A DNA stretch of 35,983 bases from Candidatus Eiseniibacteriota bacterium (GTDB lineage: Bacteria > Eisenbacteria > RBG-16-71-46 > JAFGJU01), in contig JAFGJU010000066.1 in assembly GCA_016928935.1 (NCBI GenBank), positions 1 through 35,983 of the forward strand, in the 5' to 3' direction. The notes under the pieces were generated by a model. That model was given only the letters and a program-made list of their open reading frames with translations. It was not told where the DNA came from and did no database searches. Of this stretch, positions 34,568 through 35,983 are shown piece by piece; positions within the stretch are counted from its first letter, which is position 1, and every line of letters starts with the position of its first letter. The position numbers were made by a program, and so were the translations under genes.

Positions 34568-35983
34568 TCAGCGCAGCAACACCGCCTTGACCGTGCGTGA
34601 CTCATCCGTGTCACTTCGCAGCCGCAGGAGGTACACCCCGCTGCCTACGTTCGCCCCAGTCTCGTCTCGGCCGTCCCACATCGCCAAATGCCTGCCAGAC
34701 CCACAAGCTCCCACGCGAAAAGCCCTCACGCGTCGTCCACTAACGTCAAAAACATCCAGGAACACTACCGAAGACTCACGCGTAAGGAAAGAAACCGTCA
34801 CCGTCGGATTGAAAGGATTGGGCCATACACCCAGGACCTCGACTGTCCGCGCGTGGGGAAATACAGACTCTTGAACTGCTATCTGCGCTGTCCCCCTCAC
34901 GCCCAGACTGTGCGCTCCACCTGCCGCGACCGCTATGAACCCCTCGTTCGGCGCAGGTACATCACATTGACCGTAGTAGTTACACCCCCAGGCCTCGATC
35001 GTCCCATCGGACTTTAGCCCCAGACTGTAAAGGTTACCTCCCGCGACTGCTATGAACCCCTCGTTCGGCAATGGCACGTCGCGTTCACCGTAAACATTCC
35101 GTCCCCAGGCCACGATCGTCCCATCGGACTTCAAACCCAAACAGTGGTCGTAACCTGCCGCGACCGCTATGAACCCCTCGTTCGGTGCAGGTACATTACA
35201 TTGACCGTAATCGCAGTTCCCCCAAGCCACGATTGTCGAATCGGATTTTAGGCCCAGACTGGAAGAGACACCTGCCGCGACCGCTATGAACCCCTCGTTC
35301 GGTGCAGGTACATTACATTGACCGTAGTAGTTAAACCCCCAGGCCACGACCGTCGAATCGGACTTAAGCCCCAGACTGTGCTTGTCACCTGCCGCGACCG
35401 CTATGAACCCCTCGTTCGGCAAAGGCACGTCGCATTGACCGTTCGTGTTCCGTCCCCAGGCCTCGATCGTCGAGTCGGACTTTACAGCCAGACTGTGCTC
35501 GTAACCTGCCGCAATCGCTACGAACCCCTCGTTCGGCGCAGGCACGTCGCATTGACCATACAAATTCCCCCCCCACGCTTCTGCCGTCCCGTCGAACCTA
35601 AGACCCAGACTGTGATAGTGACCTCCAGCGACCGCTATGAACCCATCATTCGGCGGAGACACGCCGCATTCACCGTACAGATTACGCCCCCAGGCCACGA
35701 CCGTCCCGTCAGACTTTAGACCCAGACTGTGATACCAACCTCCCGCGACCGCTATGAACCCCTCGTTCGGCAACGGCACGTCGCATTCGCCGTAGTCGTT
35801 GTATCCCCAGGCCACGACCGTCCCGTCGGACTTCACACCCAGGCTGTGAAAGCGACCCCCCGCGATCGCTATGAACCCCTCGTTCGGAACGGGCACGTCG
35901 CATTGACCGCTTCCATTGGCCCCCCAGGCCACCATCGAGTCGGATCTTAGGGCCAGACTGTGCGCCGCACCTGCCGCGATCGC
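34568..35983 (-). CDS. RCC1-like repeat beta-propeller protein with a T9SS/FlgD-Ig-like C-terminal sorting domain (N-terminus outside the window)
   Basis: At least 9 consecutive 39-aa repeats of consensus WG-N-YGQCDVP-PNEGFIAVAAG--HSLGLKSDGT-VA. The frame stays open and in repeat register past the track ATG (35935) to the window edge. The C-terminal approx 90 aa, WPNPFNPTVTVSF...VFLDVFDVSGRRVRAF...WDGRDETGANVGSGVYLLRLRSD...VKAVLLR, matches the Por/T9SS C-terminal domain pattern. Confidence 0.85.
   Translation of the reverse strand, partial: AIAAGAAHSLALRSDSMVAWGANGSGQCDVPVPNEGFIAIAGGRFHSLGVKSDGTVVAWGYNDYGECDVPLPNEGFIAVAGGWYHSLGLKSDGTVVAWGRNLYGECGVSPPNDGFIAVAGGHYHSLGLRFDGTAEAWGGNLYGQCDVPAPNEGFVAIAAGYEHSLAVKSDSTIEAWGRNTNGQCDVPLPNEGFIAVAAGDKHSLGLKSDSTVVAWGFNYYGQCNVPAPNEGFIAVAAGVSSSLGLKSDSTIVAWGNCDYGQCNVPAPNEGFIAVAAGYDHCLGLKSDGTIVAWGRNVYGERDVPLPNEGFIAVAGGNLYSLGLKSDGTIEAWGCNYYGQCDVPAPNEGFIAVAAGGAHSLGVRGTAQIAVQESVFPHARTVEVLGVWPNPFNPTVTVSFLTRESSVVFLDVFDVSGRRVRAFRVGACGSGRHLAMWDGRDETGANVGSGVYLLRLRSDTDESRTVKAVLLR
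34890..35983. repeat. 117-nt coding tandem repeat array (at least 9 units)
   Basis: The landmark ccgcgaccgctatgaacccctcgttcgg recurs at 34924, 35041, 35158, 35275, 35392, 35509, 35626, 35743 and 35860 (exact 117-nt spacing) and at 35974. Units starting at 35155 and 35272 share more than 55 identical consecutive nt. Confidence 0.9.

Noticed and set aside
34890-35983. The regularly spaced repeats could superficially suggest a CRISPR array or satellite.
   Set aside because: The 117-nt period is a multiple of three and the repeats are contiguous with no unique spacers. They lie in one open reading frame encoding RCC1-like blades.

Overview
High-GC bacterial chromosomal segment from a diderm, LPS-producing organism. 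The LpxC-FabZ fusion and a T9SS/FlgD-like C-terminal sorting domain hint at an FCB-superphylum-like or candidate-phylum lineage, although the recognisable promoters are canonical TTGACA/TATNNT. Positions 4440-32389 are one uninterrupted run of about 24 minus-strand genes forming an outer-membrane biogenesis supercluster. Read in the direction of transcription it contains lysS, lolC/E, lolD, mcsA, mcsB, clpC, bamA, skp, lpxD, lpxC-fabZ, lpxA, a Gfo/Idh/MocA oxidoreductase, lpxB, a DUF374/LpxJ-like gene, waaA, lpxK, nadB, a small conserved hypothetical, msbA, a tandem double GT9 heptosyltransferase, gmhB and a UbiA-family prenyltransferase. The left flank has asnS (minus, running off the edge) divergent from a plus-strand pair of unknown function: a TPR/polytopic/zinc-ribbon membrane protein and a DUF4388 protein with a TM segment and a pseudopilin-like tail. 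The right flank looks accessory, with a secreted beta-lactamase-family serine hydrolase and a large RCC1-like beta-propeller protein with a T9SS-type C-terminal domain, built from 117-nt tandem DNA repeats and running off the edge. I found no rRNA, intact tRNA, CRISPR array, transposase, integrase or recognisable phage-defence gene. Most of the window is core envelope biology. The points worth a second look are the McsA-McsB-ClpC arginine-phosphorylation module wired between Lol and Bam, the uncharacterised TPR/DUF4388 membrane pair, the missing LpxH/I/G step with an oxidoreductase at the lpxI position, the fused heptosyltransferase, the UbiA gene coupled to gmhB, a Gly-rich insertion in LysRS and the repeat-built propeller gene. 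The ORF track translates TTG/GTG starts as M, so several track ORFs are 5'-extended; I trimmed starts where an ATG/GTG with a Shine-Dalgarno gave a better model.
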